A stretch of DNA of 64,000 bases from Octopus sinensis. Lineage: Eukaryota. The DNA is taken from assembly GCF_006345805.1 (NCBI RefSeq), contig NC_043007.1, positions 40,300,001 through 40,364,000 of the forward strand. Reading direction: 5' to 3'. The notes beneath the pieces are model-generated. The model was given only the letters and a program-made list of their open reading frames with translations, searched no databases and was not told where the DNA came from. The position numbers and the translations under genes were made by a program. The stretch's first letter is position 1; each line of letters begins with the position of its first letter. This document shows positions 63,851-64,000 of this stretch, piece after piece.

Positions 63851-64000
63851 TATAGGTGTAGATGCTGTTGTTTAACCCTGATGTCAGCTCTCATTGAACA
63901 TATCTATCATCTTCTTGACACTCTGTCAGTTACGATGAAGATTGTTCCAGTTGATTCCAACAGAACAGCCTGCTCGTGAAATTAACATGTAAGTGGCTGA

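Overview
Gene-poor, repeat-saturated animal genomic DNA. The SINE families, (TA)/(CA)/(TAA) microsatellite load and TE spectrum look like an Octopus (coleoid cephalopod) genome; this is inference, not verified. Only one host exon is supportable: a 128-nt minus-strand coding exon (37910-38037) encoding FVNDELDFGENINLQHEVNRLRSSVQHLQSECKHWKSIASQR, which resembles the N-terminal region of TRIP11/GMAP-210, so most of the window is probably TRIP11 intron. The only long ORF is a near-full-length R4/Dong-clade non-LTR retrotransposon (about 33604-37784, + strand; Myb-like, RT, CCHC and restriction-like endonuclease domains). It sits in a (TAA)n(GAA)n microsatellite about 125 nt from the exon's splice donor, has a 10-copy 23/24-nt repeat at its 5' end, and carries two visible lesions (YMDD->YMDG and a 1-nt frameshift). 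The rest comprises dozens of SINE copies from at least four families, decayed RTE LINE, Gypsy LTR and Tc1/mariner (maT/rosa-like) remnants, piggyBac-type MITEs, a 94-bp-arm palindrome, a ~568-bp tandem duplication, and several degenerate hammerhead-ribozyme-like motifs in small Penelope/retrozyme-like repeats. Nearly all other ORFs in the supplied track are microsatellite read-throughs. Repeat boundaries are read by eye and are approximate.
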